Under the pieces are notes generated by a model that saw only the letters and a program-made list of their open reading frames with translations, was not told the origin of the DNA and made no database searches. Source: Patescibacteria group bacterium UBA6532 (GTDB taxonomy: Bacteria; Patescibacteriota; Minisyncoccia; Minisyncoccales; UBA6532). From it: a DNA stretch of 64,000 nt. The stretch spans positions 11,936-75,935 of the forward strand of contig DJKW01000004.1 in assembly GCA_002434805.1 (NCBI GenBank), written 5' to 3'. Below, piece after piece: positions 40,526 through 49,434 of the stretch (positions are counted from its first letter, which is position 1; each line of letters opens with the position of its first letter). Both the position numbers and the translations under genes were made by a program.

Positions 40526-41617
40526 ATGATTAAACGAAATAGAACAATTTTATTTATAATTCTTTTCTTTTTATTTCTCTCAGCCGCTCCCCTGACTATT
40601 TTCTATTCTCAAGGATACCGATTTGATTTTCAGGAAAAAAGGTTTGTCCAAACAGGAGGCCTTTATTTCAAAGTTAGGCCTCTGGGAGCTGAAATTTATC
40701 TGAACGGGAAATTAGTAAAGGATACTTCAATTTTATTTGGCACAGCTCTTGTTGAAAATCTTTTGCCAAAAACTTACGATGTCGAAATAAAAAAGGAAGG
40801 ATTTCATTCCTGGCAGAAAAACCTTGAAGTAAAAGAAAAATTGGTTGCTGAAGCGAAAAACATTGTTTTAATTCCCAAAGAACCAGAGTTTTCTCTTTTG
40901 GAAGAGAATATAGAAGATTTTTGGTTTTCTGATGATGGGGAAAAATTAGTTTATAAAAAATTTGGCGAAGAGAAAGAAAAACTAGAATCAGTTAAAATTC
41001 CCCAAGTGATTAAAAAAGATCTGATTTCCCATATAGTTGTTTCAAACTCCATCTTATGGCTAAACAACCAAGGGTTTCTTTCTAAATCTGATTTAACTGG
41101 AAAAACATTAGAAATATTCAACACCAAACCACTTAGTATTAAAGAGGAAAAAGAATATAAGATAGTAGTAAAGAATTCATCAAAAATCTTTATCCAAGAA
41201 GATAATTCTCTTTTTTACCTGAATGAAGAATCAAAAATCTTTGAAAAAATCTCAGACTCAGTAAAGAACTTAAAGTTTTCACCTGATTTCAAAAAAGTCG
41301 TTTATTTCAATAACTACGAAATTTGGGTTTATTTTCTGGAATCAGAAGAGGGACAACCCCACCGAGAAGATAAAGAAAAGCTTTTTCTTAACCGCTTTTC
41401 TCAAAGTTTAGGAAATGTCTTTTGGTTAAGCAACCACTATTTAATATTTAACTTAGAAGATAAAATAAAGGTCGCAGAAATTGACAACCGCGAGAAACTA
41501 AATATTGTCGACATAGCTGAATTCCAAAACCCAAAGATATTTTTCCACCAAAAAGATAAAAAGTTATATGTCTTAACTAAAGGGAATCTCTATATTTCAG
41601 AAGTATTGCTGAAATAG
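40526..41617 (+). CDS. Membrane-anchored PEGA-domain protein
   Basis: N-terminal TM, then the PEGA-like segment GAEIYLNGKLV...LLPKTYDVEIKKEGFHSWQKNLEV. Confidence 0.65.
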   Translation: MIKRNRTILFIILFFLFLSAAPLTIFYSQGYRFDFQEKRFVQTGGLYFKVRPLGAEIYLNGKLVKDTSILFGTALVENLLPKTYDVEIKKEGFHSWQKNLEVKEKLVAEAKNIVLIPKEPEFSLLEENIEDFWFSDDGEKLVYKKFGEEKEKLESVKIPQVIKKDLISHIVVSNSILWLNNQGFLSKSDLTGKTLEIFNTKPLSIKEEKEYKIVVKNSSKIFIQEDNSLFYLNEESKIFEKISDSVKNLKFSPDFKKVVYFNNYEIWVYFLESEEGQPHREDKEKLFLNRFSQSLGNVFWLSNHYLIFNLEDKIKVAEIDNREKLNIVDIAEFQNPKIFFHQKDKKLYVLTKGNLYISEVLLK

Positions 41618-41620
41618 AAA

Positions 41621-42190
41621 TTAAATTTTAGAAACAAAAGGATTGTCTTTGATGAAAAACCGCCAGGGTTTTTTAGCCCACCATCCAGCATAGTCAATTC
41701 CAATTCTCTGAGCAGCCACAATCTGGCTCTTTTTTATTCTTTCGCCTTGCTCCAGCCAAATCCTTTTACTCTTAATTAAATCTTCTCCATAAAAGGATTT
41801 ATTTAACTTCAGCCATTTGCATAATTTCCCAGGGCCTGAAGCCACCCTCTCATCTTTAACAAAAGAAATTGGCTCTAAAGCTCTAATTAATACGCATTCT
41901 GGCTTACCTGCTTTCTCGGTAGTAATATTCAACTGCCAATGAATGCCGTAGCAAAGATAGATGTAAATGCGACCGCCCTCCAAATATTCAACTTTATTCC
42001 TTTCGGTAATCTTTCCTCCAAAGGTATGGCTCGCTTTATCTTTGGTGCCAATATAGGCCTCGGTTTCGACTATTTTGCCAATGAATTTCTTTTTTCCGAT
42101 TCTCCTAACCAAATACTTTCCCAATAAAGCTTTGGATACGTTTAAGGTTGCTGAGGTATAAAATTTTTGAGAAAGTTTGTTAGTTTTCAT
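41621..42190 (-). CDS. DNA-3-methyladenine glycosylase (Mpg/AAG family)
   Basis: LLGKYLVRR...GKIVETEAYIG..DKASHTFGGKITERN...GRIYIYLCYGIHW. Confidence 0.85.
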   Translation of the reverse strand: MKTNKLSQKFYTSATLNVSKALLGKYLVRRIGKKKFIGKIVETEAYIGTKDKASHTFGGKITERNKVEYLEGGRIYIYLCYGIHWQLNITTEKAGKPECVLIRALEPISFVKDERVASGPGKLCKWLKLNKSFYGEDLIKSKRIWLEQGERIKKSQIVAAQRIGIDYAGWWAKKPWRFFIKDNPFVSKI

Positions 42191-42240
42191 TCTAAATTTA
42201 TTTTATTAATTTACAAGAATTTATACAAGTTTAAAGAATC

Positions 42241-42267
42241 AAAGAGCCGCAATTTACGCGGCTTTTT
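42241..42267. terminator. Intrinsic terminator-like hairpin after the Cas4-like gene
   Basis: Stem agccgc/gcggct (42245-42250 / 42258-42263), 7-nt loop. T5 on the plus strand; a weaker T-rich tail on the minus strand. Confidence 0.55.
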
Positions 42268-42300
42268 GAAGGAGTAGAGCTTTAAGTCCCTAAACTAATA

Positions 42301-42993
42301 CTATTTTTTCTCTTTATTTGCTAACTCTATTTTTGCCTTAAGATTTTCCCAATTCACTTCTATGTCTCCTGTCATCAAACAAGCATCTTCAAACTGACAA
42401 TATCTACACTGCCAGTTTTTAGGATACTCAGAAAGTCTGCCTGGAATGGTATCTGAATCTATTTTCCCTTTTAAATCCTTAAAGTCTGAAAGAAGTGACT
42501 GAACGAGTTTTGAATCATAGTTAACTATAAACTCTTTAATGTTTTGCTGGTCTTTATCTATGTAAAGTAATATTCCTTTTTTAATATTAAAGTAATGGAG
42601 GTAAAGCTGAAGTTGAAAAATATTCTCTTCCTTAGGTTCTTTCAAACCCCTAAAAATCATACTGTTCATACTTTTAATATCTAAAACGTAATTCTCGTTG
42701 TCTATGCAAAGTATGGCATCAGCGCGACCAGAAATTATTTCCTGAGAAGGAATGGAAACTTCAGTGGTTACGCCAATTCTCAAACGATAGAGAATATTGA
42801 AAATGTTTCTATGAATATGTTCTCCTTTTTCAAAGATCCTTAAAATCCTGGCATCCATCTTTTCTCTAGGAACTTTCTTAAATTTAAAAAAGACTGCCCG
42901 AGGACATTTTCCAACATCGGTGATATAAAAATGAGTTTGATCTTTGTCTTTCTGCTGGTCTAAATAAAATTTATCAATGCGTTCTTTTAACAT
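42301..42993 (-). CDS. PD-(D/E)xK nuclease with Cas4/AddB-type Fe-S cysteines (stand-alone Cas4-like)
   Basis: N-terminal CPRAVFF Cys, GRADAIL...YVLDIKS nuclease core, C-terminal CRYCQFEDAC. Start moved to ATG 42993 because the track TTG start lies inside the rpsI terminator hairpin. Confidence 0.65.
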   Translation of the reverse strand: MLKERIDKFYLDQQKDKDQTHFYITDVGKCPRAVFFKFKKVPREKMDARILRIFEKGEHIHRNIFNILYRLRIGVTTEVSIPSQEIISGRADAILCIDNENYVLDIKSMNSMIFRGLKEPKEENIFQLQLYLHYFNIKKGILLYIDKDQQNIKEFIVNYDSKLVQSLLSDFKDLKGKIDSDTIPGRLSEYPKNWQCRYCQFEDACLMTGDIEVNWENLKAKIELANKEKK

Positions 42994-43020
42994 AATATAT
43001 TTAACTATCTTATCCTTATA

Positions 43021-43049
43021 CAAAAAAATAGTCAAATATGACTATTTTT
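43021..43049 (-). terminator. Intrinsic terminator ending the ribosomal protein operon
   Basis: 11-bp inverted repeat aaaaatagtca/tgactattttt (43024-43034 / 43039-43049), 4-nt loop, with the T-run continuing on the minus strand. Confidence 0.7.
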
Positions 43050-43062
43050 CAGACAATAAAAG

Positions 43063-43557
43063 TTATCTCTTTGCCCATTGAGGAGCTTTCCGAGCTCTCT
43101 TTAAGCCGAATTTCTTTCTCTCTCGCATTCTGGGATCGCGAGTCAGATATCCCGCTTTTCTTAATTTTTTTCGAAAGTCAGGATTAAATTCCACTAAAGC
43201 ACGGGATACGGCATGACGAACTGCTTGGGCTTGAGAATGAATTCCTCCTCCTTTCACTAAAACTACGATCTTAAATTTATCAAAACAATTCATTTTTATA
43301 AAAGCTGAAGTGACAATTTCTTGAAGTTCATGAGTCGGGAAATATGTTTTGTATGGTTTCTTGTTAATTAAAAACTCTCTTTCTCCCTTGGTAAAGAGAC
43401 GGATTCTGGCCACTGAGGTCTTTCTCCGGCCAACAGCCTGAAAATACCGGGAAGCCTTAACAACAGGTGTCTTTTCTTTTTTTGCCTCTTTTTTAGCTGC
43501 TTTCTTGACTTTCTTTTTGATGGCTGGTTTTTTAGTTGTTTTTTTAGTCTCTGGCAT
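43063..43557 (-). CDS. rpsI: 30S ribosomal protein S9 with Lys-rich N-terminal extension
   Basis: YFQAVGRRKTSVARIRL...GGGIHSQAQAVRHAVSRAL...TRDPRMRERKKFG...RKAPQWAKR. Confidence 0.95.
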   Translation of the reverse strand: MPETKKTTKKPAIKKKVKKAAKKEAKKEKTPVVKASRYFQAVGRRKTSVARIRLFTKGEREFLINKKPYKTYFPTHELQEIVTSAFIKMNCFDKFKIVVLVKGGGIHSQAQAVRHAVSRALVEFNPDFRKKLRKAGYLTRDPRMRERKKFGLKRARKAPQWAKR

Positions 43558-43566
43558 AACTATTGA

Positions 43567-43914
43567 TTATTCAAACTTTAGATTTTTTATCTGTCTCGCC
43601 CTCAACTTATTCTTGGGCAACATTCCCATTACTGCCTTTTTTAAAACTTCTTTTGGATCTTTTTCAAAAAGTTTCTTTAATGGAGTTTCTTTTAAGCTTC
43701 CCAAGTAACCTGAGTGACGAAAGTATTTCTTTTGCTCTAATTTCCTGCCGGTGAATTTTATTTTATCAACATTTTTAATTACAACAAAATCCCCCATTTC
43801 TTTGTTGAGAACAAAATCGGGTTTGTGTTTTCCCCGCAGTAAAATAGCAATCTGAGTTGCCAGTCTTCCTAAAACTTTTTCCTTGGCATCAATGGTATGA
43901 GTTCCTCTTTTCAT
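43567..43914 (-). CDS. rplM: 50S ribosomal protein L13 (short, 115 aa)
   Basis: [25 protein letters not shown]...GDFVVIKN...KKYFRHSGY. Confidence 0.9.
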   Translation of the reverse strand: MKRGTHTIDAKEKVLGRLATQIAILLRGKHKPDFVLNKEMGDFVVIKNVDKIKFTGRKLEQKKYFRHSGYLGSLKETPLKKLFEKDPKEVLKKAVMGMLPKNKLRARQIKNLKFE

Positions 43915-44261
43915 TTGATTAATTCTATAATTACAATTTTAGCCCCGTCTGATCTTCGAGGCCCTAATTTTATAATCCTGGTATATCCCCCTTTTCTGGT
44001 TTTGTACTTTGGGGAAATCTCGTCTACTAACTTTTTAACTATTCTTGGCGAAAAAAAACTAGCCAATAATCTTCTTGAATGAATATCTCCTTTTTTAGCC
44101 CGGGTAATAAATTTCTCTATCATAGAACGAATCTCCTTTGCTTTGGCTTCTGTCGTCTTGATCTTTTCATGTAAAACAAGAGCGCTGATAAGTGCCTTGA
44201 AAAGGGCTTTACGCTGATTCTTTTTTCTGCTAAATTTTCTTCCTTTTTTTCTTTTTTTCAT
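43911..44261 (-). CDS. rplQ: 50S ribosomal protein L17
   Basis: [38 protein letters not shown]...[17 protein letters not shown]. Confidence 0.9.
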   Translation of the reverse strand: MKKRKKGRKFSRKKNQRKALFKALISALVLHEKIKTTEAKAKEIRSMIEKFITRAKKGDIHSRRLLASFFSPRIVKKLVDEISPKYKTRKGGYTRIIKLGPRRSDGAKIVIIELIK

Positions 44262-45042
44262 GTTTTTTAACAGAAACTTTTTTTGCCCCTTTTTTCTTTA
44301 GCTTTCCTTTAGCAGGAGTTTTCTTTAAAGGCTTTCTTTCTTGCGTGGAAATAGCAGGCTTTTTAAATATCTCAGTAAAAATGGAAAAGTGTTTTACTAA
44401 AATATCTGAAGCTTGGGAAAAAGCTTCTTCTGGCGTCAAGCTTCCGTCAGTTTCCAAATCCAAAAAGAGCTTATCAAAATCAGTTCTCTTGCCAACCCGC
44501 ATATTCTCAACGCGGTAACTCACCTTTCTAATGGGAGTGAATATGGCATCAAGAGCAATAACTCCAACATCTAATTTATCCTTTTTCCTTCTTTCAACAG
44601 GTTCGTAGCCAAAGCCTCTTTCAATTAGAATTTCCATCTCGAGATCTGCTGATTTTGATGTCAATGTTGCTATATGGGCATCCTTATTCATCAACTCAGC
44701 TTGAAATGATAATCCAAAATTAGACCCCTTAACTTTCTTTTCACCCTTTACCTTTAAAGTCACCTTTTGCGGCTCGTTTGTATGAAGCTTAAAACGCAGT
44801 TGTTTTAAATTTAGTAAAATAGTGATAACATCTTCAAAAACATCCGAAATTGTTGAAAACTCATGGCTCACGCCTTTAATTTTTACCTGGGTAACCGCTG
44901 CTCCCTGCAAAGAAGAGAGCAAAACCCGCCTGAGGCTGTTTCCAATAGTTACGCCGTGGCCAGGATAAAGGCCTTCTACCTCAAATCGGGCGAAATTTCC
45001 TTTTTTCTCAAGTATTTTAGGTTTAATGGGTAAAGGAATCAT
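44230..45042 (-). CDS. rpoA: DNA-directed RNA polymerase alpha subunit, N-terminal domain only plus polybasic tail
   Basis: GHGVTIGNSLRRVLLSSLQGAAVT, the alpha-NTD signature. The C-terminal ~45 aa are Lys-rich ([31 protein letters not shown]) with no alpha-CTD-like sequence. Overlaps rplQ by 32 nt. Confidence 0.85.
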   Translation of the reverse strand: MIPLPIKPKILEKKGNFARFEVEGLYPGHGVTIGNSLRRVLLSSLQGAAVTQVKIKGVSHEFSTISDVFEDVITILLNLKQLRFKLHTNEPQKVTLKVKGEKKVKGSNFGLSFQAELMNKDAHIATLTSKSADLEMEILIERGFGYEPVERRKKDKLDVGVIALDAIFTPIRKVSYRVENMRVGKRTDFDKLFLDLETDGSLTPEEAFSQASDILVKHFSIFTEIFKKPAISTQERKPLKKTPAKGKLKKKGAKKVSVKKHEKKKKRKKI

Positions 45043-45071
45043 AAATATTTTGTTTAATAATAATTAGTTAA

Positions 45072-45701
45072 TTATCTTGAATAAAACTCAAATATGGATG
45101 ATATTTCTGCTGGTGGGGCCGCCTCCTCTAGAGTTGGCAAACCCGTAACTTTTCCTTCTAATTTTTCGTTATCAACTTCCAGCCATAAAGGGGGTTTATG
45201 TTTCTTTAAAATAGTTGATAAATTCTGAAAAACCATCTTTTTCTGGGAATGAGAACGAATGCTTACTTTGTCCCCTTTCTTTAATTGATAAGAAGGGATA
45301 TCAATCGGTTTATTGTTTACATAAAGATGCCCATGGGAAACTAATTGCCGAGCCGAGGAACGAGAATTGGCAAAACCCAATCTATAAACAATGTTATCTA
45401 ATCGGGTTTCCAGTTTTTGAACCAAAAGGGCGGCAGCATCCTCTACTCCTCCTCTTCTGTCTAGAATTTCTTTAACATATTTTTTAAATTGGCGCTCGCC
45501 TAAATTATACCAGCTTTTCAGTTTTTGTTTTTCTCTCAGCTCTTTCCCGTATTCAGAAAGAGGCCTTGGTCTTCGTCTTCCTTTCTTACCGGGGTTGTAT
45601 GGCTTCATTATCAAGGGACATTTTGGCGAAAAACATTTTTCTCCTTTTAAGAATAGCTTTATTCCCGCTCTACGACAAATTTTACACTTTGAGTCTTGCA
45701 T
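45072..45701 (-). CDS. rpsD: 30S ribosomal protein S4
   Basis: N-terminal Cys-rich CKICRRAG...CFSPKCP, YGKELREKQKLK, and the S4 domain RLDNIVYRLGFANSRSSARQLVSHGH. Confidence 0.95.
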   Translation of the reverse strand: MQDSKCKICRRAGIKLFLKGEKCFSPKCPLIMKPYNPGKKGRRRPRPLSEYGKELREKQKLKSWYNLGERQFKKYVKEILDRRGGVEDAAALLVQKLETRLDNIVYRLGFANSRSSARQLVSHGHLYVNNKPIDIPSYQLKKGDKVSIRSHSQKKMVFQNLSTILKKHKPPLWLEVDNEKLEGKVTGLPTLEEAAPPAEISSIFEFYSR

Positions 45702-45708
45702 ATTAAAA

Positions 45709-46167
45709 TTATACCCTTCTTACTTTTGGAGACCGGCCTCCATTATGAGGAATGGGGGTGACGTCTTTTATTGAAATAATATCTAGTCCGCGAGCTGCCA
45801 AAGAGCGAATAGCTGATTCTCGACCAGATCCTATTCCCTTTACCAGCACTTCTACTCTTTTGATCCCTATTTTATTGGCAACCTGGGAAATAGTTTCAGC
45901 AACCTTGGAAGCGGCAAAAGGAGTTGCCTTTTTCGCACCAGAAAAACCAATACTGCCAGCCGAAGCCCAAGAGAGAACGTTTCCCTTTAAATCCGTCAAG
46001 CTCATAATAGTATTGTTATAAGAGGCGGAAATATAAATTCTTCCCTCTTTGATTTTTCCTTTGAGGGATACATCTGTTTCTTTTTCTTTATTTATCTTCG
46101 CCTCGATTTTATCTCGTTCTTCAATTAATTCCTTTTCAGTTTTTTGGATGATACGTTTCTTGCCCAT
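45709..46167 (-). CDS. rpsK: 30S ribosomal protein S11 with N-terminal extension
   Basis: [45 protein letters not shown]...[13 protein letters not shown]. Confidence 0.95.
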   Translation of the reverse strand: MGKKRIIQKTEKELIEERDKIEAKINKEKETDVSLKGKIKEGRIYISASYNNTIMSLTDLKGNVLSWASAGSIGFSGAKKATPFAASKVAETISQVANKIGIKRVEVLVKGIGSGRESAIRSLAARGLDIISIKDVTPIPHNGGRSPKVRRV

Positions 46168-46171
46168 AGTT

Positions 46172-46561
46172 TTATGTTGTTTCAGTAGGCGGTTTTCTTC
46201 CAGATCCTACTGTTTTTCTAACATTGCCTCGAACTGTCCTCGTGTTGGTCTTTGTTCTTTGACCCCTTACTGGCAAACCTTTAATGTGCCTTCCCCCTCG
46301 CCAGGAACCAATGTCTTTTAATCGCTTTATTGACATCATTTTTTCCCGACGGAGAGTGCCTTCAATTTTGTAATTTTTTTCAATAATCTCTTTAAGGTCA
46401 TTAAGTTCTTTGGCACTAAGTTCTGAAGCTTTGGTACTGGGCTTAATTTGGGCCCTGTCTAAAATTTTCAAACTTAAAGAACGACCTATTCCGTAAATAT
46501 AGGTCAGGGAAATTTCTATTTGTTTTTGGTCGGGGATATTAACCCCAGCAATTCGTGGCAT
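46172..46561 (-). CDS. rpsM: 30S ribosomal protein S13
   Basis: [30 protein letters not shown]...[25 protein letters not shown]. Confidence 0.95.
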   Translation of the reverse strand: MPRIAGVNIPDQKQIEISLTYIYGIGRSLSLKILDRAQIKPSTKASELSAKELNDLKEIIEKNYKIEGTLRREKMMSIKRLKDIGSWRGGRHIKGLPVRGQRTKTNTRTVRGNVRKTVGSGRKPPTETT

Positions 46562-46678
46562 TTATTTTCCTTGACGCTGCTTATGTTTAGGATTTTTGCA
46601 AATTACATAAACCCGCCTTTTGCGGCGGACTATTTTACACTCTTTGCACATTTTTTTTACTGAAGGTCTTACTTTCAT
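46562..46678 (-). CDS. rpmJ: 50S ribosomal protein L36
   Basis: Below the ORF-track size cutoff. Manual translation gives [38 protein letters not shown]. The stop abuts the rpsM start. Confidence 0.9.
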   Translation of the reverse strand: MKVRPSVKKMCKECKIVRRKRRVYVICKNPKHKQRQGK

Positions 46679-46680
46679 AT

Positions 46681-46911
46681 TTACTTACCTCTATAAACAA
46701 TTCTTCCTCTATTTTCATCATAAGGGCTCATTTCAACTGTTACACGGTCTCCGGGTAAAACTTTTATGCGATACATTCTTAATTTTCCAGCAAGGTGAGC
46801 TAAAATCTCCTTGCCGTCATCCAGCTTAACTTTGAAATTAGTACTCGGCAGAGCTTCTAAGACTAATCCGCTTATTTTGATAACTTTTTTGTTCTTATTG
46901 GAATTTTCCAT
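46681..46911 (-). CDS. infA: Translation initiation factor IF-1
   Basis: [58 protein letters not shown]. Confidence 0.95.
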   Translation of the reverse strand: MENSNKNKKVIKISGLVLEALPSTNFKVKLDDGKEILAHLAGKLRMYRIKVLPGDRVTVEMSPYDENRGRIVYRGK

Positions 46912-46944
46912 TAATAATTAGTTATGATACAAAAATATTGAAAA

Positions 46945-48255
46945 TTAGTCAATAACAATATCAACCTCAACTCTTTCCTCGTTCTGAGGTATATTTTTTA
47001 TCCAAAAAGGCGAAAGCCTTACCTGAACTTTTGAAATCTCCGGATACTTAGCTAAAATCTCTTTGGAAACTATGGAATAATTTTTACCTAATATATTTTT
47101 TTTTAAAAGCTCTTTATCTGGAAGAGAATAAGTTTTTGCCTGAATATCAAGCTCAAGAACAACCTCTCCTTTGCTTAAATTAGCCTCTTTTAAAGAGTAC
47201 TCTATAGCCAAACTTTCTTCTTCTAATTTATTCCCTGTGGGAATTTTAGTCAAGATATAATCTTTAACAAAACTTTCTAAATCTGATTTTTTAAAAGTCA
47301 AAACCTCTGACTTTCCCCTGACTTGAAAGACAAAAGATTCTAAATCCTGACCAGCCGTAGCTAAAGGAGAAGTTTCAACAATTTCCTTTGTTACCAAGCT
47401 TTCCAAGAAAACCTGGTCTGGGGTTAATTTTTCCTCCAAAGAAAACCTACTTTCTTCCAAAGCTCTTTCAGTTAAAATCTCCTGGGCATTGTCTAAATCT
47501 TCTTTCGTTATCTGAGAAACTTCTCTTTTGAAGCCGCCCTCCATAGCAGAAAAGGATTTTCCATAGAAACTAGTGTATAGGGCAGTACCGGCAAACCCGG
47601 GAATAGAAAAAGTAGTGGGGCCAATATTATATTCCTCTCCGGTTTCAGATGCCTCCACTGTAGCATCTATGGTTCCGGGAACTAAATTTCCTTTTTCGTA
47701 ATGAGCTCCGGGAATAACTATTCTATTGGGAATGCGGAATAATTTTCCATCAGCTGAAACAAACCGTGTTTTAGCTATTAAGGACTGGGGGCTGGTAGAA
47801 TAAGCATTATAAATCTGGATTGTTCCCTGGGCCATTCCTTCTTGAGTAGATTTACCTGAAGAAACAAATTCTTGGGATATAAAACTTTCAACCTCAATAA
47901 TTTCTCCGGGCAAAATACTGTCAGCTAGATTAATTTTTTTAATTGAGGTATCTACTCTTATTTCTGCTTTAAAATTCTCCATCTTGGTTTTTGGCCAAAT
48001 TTCTACTTTTGCTCGAGATTCAATGAAAAAATAGGCAAAAACTATAATTATCAAAGGGATTGCCAAAAAACCCAACCACCATTTTTTCTTCAAATCAAAA
48101 CCGGGAGAAATAGTCTTTAATTTTACTTCTTTTTTCTTTTTCTCTTTAGAGGATGAAAGGGGTTTTAGATGTTTTTCCCTCTTGAGTTTTATTGGGGAAA
48201 TTTCAACTCCTCTTTCAGTTGGCGGTATAATATCGAAAATCTTTTTTTTCTTCAT
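46945..48255 (-). CDS. Bitopic membrane protein with N-terminal IFDIIPP tail (PilN-like partner candidate); function unknown
   Basis: 436 aa. Basic cytoplasmic tail, one TM (WWLGFLAIPLIIIVFAYFFI), large extracytoplasmic domain. Lies immediately downstream of the actin-like ATPase gene. Confidence 0.4.
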   Translation of the reverse strand: MKKKKIFDIIPPTERGVEISPIKLKREKHLKPLSSSKEKKKKEVKLKTISPGFDLKKKWWLGFLAIPLIIIVFAYFFIESRAKVEIWPKTKMENFKAEIRVDTSIKKINLADSILPGEIIEVESFISQEFVSSGKSTQEGMAQGTIQIYNAYSTSPQSLIAKTRFVSADGKLFRIPNRIVIPGAHYEKGNLVPGTIDATVEASETGEEYNIGPTTFSIPGFAGTALYTSFYGKSFSAMEGGFKREVSQITKEDLDNAQEILTERALEESRFSLEEKLTPDQVFLESLVTKEIVETSPLATAGQDLESFVFQVRGKSEVLTFKKSDLESFVKDYILTKIPTGNKLEEESLAIEYSLKEANLSKGEVVLELDIQAKTYSLPDKELLKKNILGKNYSIVSKEILAKYPEISKVQVRLSPFWIKNIPQNEERVEVDIVID

Positions 48256-48261
48256 AATTTC

Positions 48262-49386
48262 TTAAAGATAGCAAAGTAATAAAATAGGGACGTCTTTTGG
48301 ACTCGTTAATATTTTTAAGGAGACCTTAATGCCTTTTAAGTCTTTTGGATAAAGATATCTTATTTGATGTGATTCTGAAAAGCTTTGCTCTAAAACTTCT
48401 TGAATTTCAGGAATTAAGCTTCCTCCTCCAAAAAGAAAAATATCAAAAGGAAATAAAATCTTTTTAGCGGTCACCTTTAATTTTAATTCTTTTAACCAGT
48501 TTTGGGCAGCCGATGAAAGGATTTCTTTAATTCTCTGTCTAACTTCTTCTGATAAAAGTCCTTGGGAATAATCTTTTTTCAATTTTCGAGCCCTAACCTG
48601 ATCTAATCCCAACCTTTCGGAAAATTCCTGGCTGAAATCTTGGCCCCCAACCTTAAAATTATCTATCACTTCCAGCTTACCATTTTTTACGATAAAGAAT
48701 TGGGTTACCTCTCCTCCGATATCAAAAAAAATAGCGTTTGGTGTTTGAAAAAGACCGGTTAAAGCCTGAGATGGATGGACGATTTTAAAGACTTTTAAAT
48801 TAAGGGAGCTGATGATTTTATTAAAAGTCTCAAGATGAGATTTTAATATAAAGTTAGCTAAAATCCTAAACTCCAAGGTTTGGCCCCCATAACCTTTAAG
48901 ACCAGGGACTTCATAACCGTCAATCTTGGTCTCTAATATTTTCAGTTCGAGAAATTCCAGGTCTTTTGATAAAATTCCTGTTTCTAAATAAAAAATGTCT
49001 CTAATTCTTTTTCTCGCTTCCTTTATAACGTCTTCTTGGATTAACCGTTCCTCTTTCTCAACAATAACATCTTTTTGATTTTTGCGAGAAAAACTTTGAA
49101 AAGAAATTCTGCTTTTAAAAACGTTGGCTGGGAGACTAAGAATAAGAGGTAAATCTTTTAAGGTAAGATTTTGAAGAGTTTTAAGAATGGCTTTCTTTAT
49201 AACGTCTTCTTTAAAATTCCGGCTATCCCAGAGAGAAAATTCATCGAAATATTCTGAAGATTCTTCAAGAACAACGATTTTTCCGCCCTCTTTTTTAAAA
49301 ACCAAATCCTTTACCGCCTCAGTTCCAATATCCAAAACTAAAAACTTTTCCTTTTCTGCCGTTTTAAAGAAAGAAAATTTTACCAT
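48262..49386 (-). CDS. Actin-fold ATPase, FtsA/PilM-like
   Basis: VLDIGTEAVK (phosphate 1), FFDIGGEVTQ (phosphate 2), LFGGGSLIPEIQEVL (adenosine motif). Confidence 0.6.
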   Translation of the reverse strand: MVKFSFFKTAEKEKFLVLDIGTEAVKDLVFKKEGGKIVVLEESSEYFDEFSLWDSRNFKEDVIKKAILKTLQNLTLKDLPLILSLPANVFKSRISFQSFSRKNQKDVIVEKEERLIQEDVIKEARKRIRDIFYLETGILSKDLEFLELKILETKIDGYEVPGLKGYGGQTLEFRILANFILKSHLETFNKIISSLNLKVFKIVHPSQALTGLFQTPNAIFFDIGGEVTQFFIVKNGKLEVIDNFKVGGQDFSQEFSERLGLDQVRARKLKKDYSQGLLSEEVRQRIKEILSSAAQNWLKELKLKVTAKKILFPFDIFLFGGGSLIPEIQEVLEQSFSESHQIRYLYPKDLKGIKVSLKILTSPKDVPILLLCYL

Positions 49387-49434
49387 CTTCTTTTGTTCTA
49401 TTCTATCATTACTGACAAGAAACTTAAAATATAA

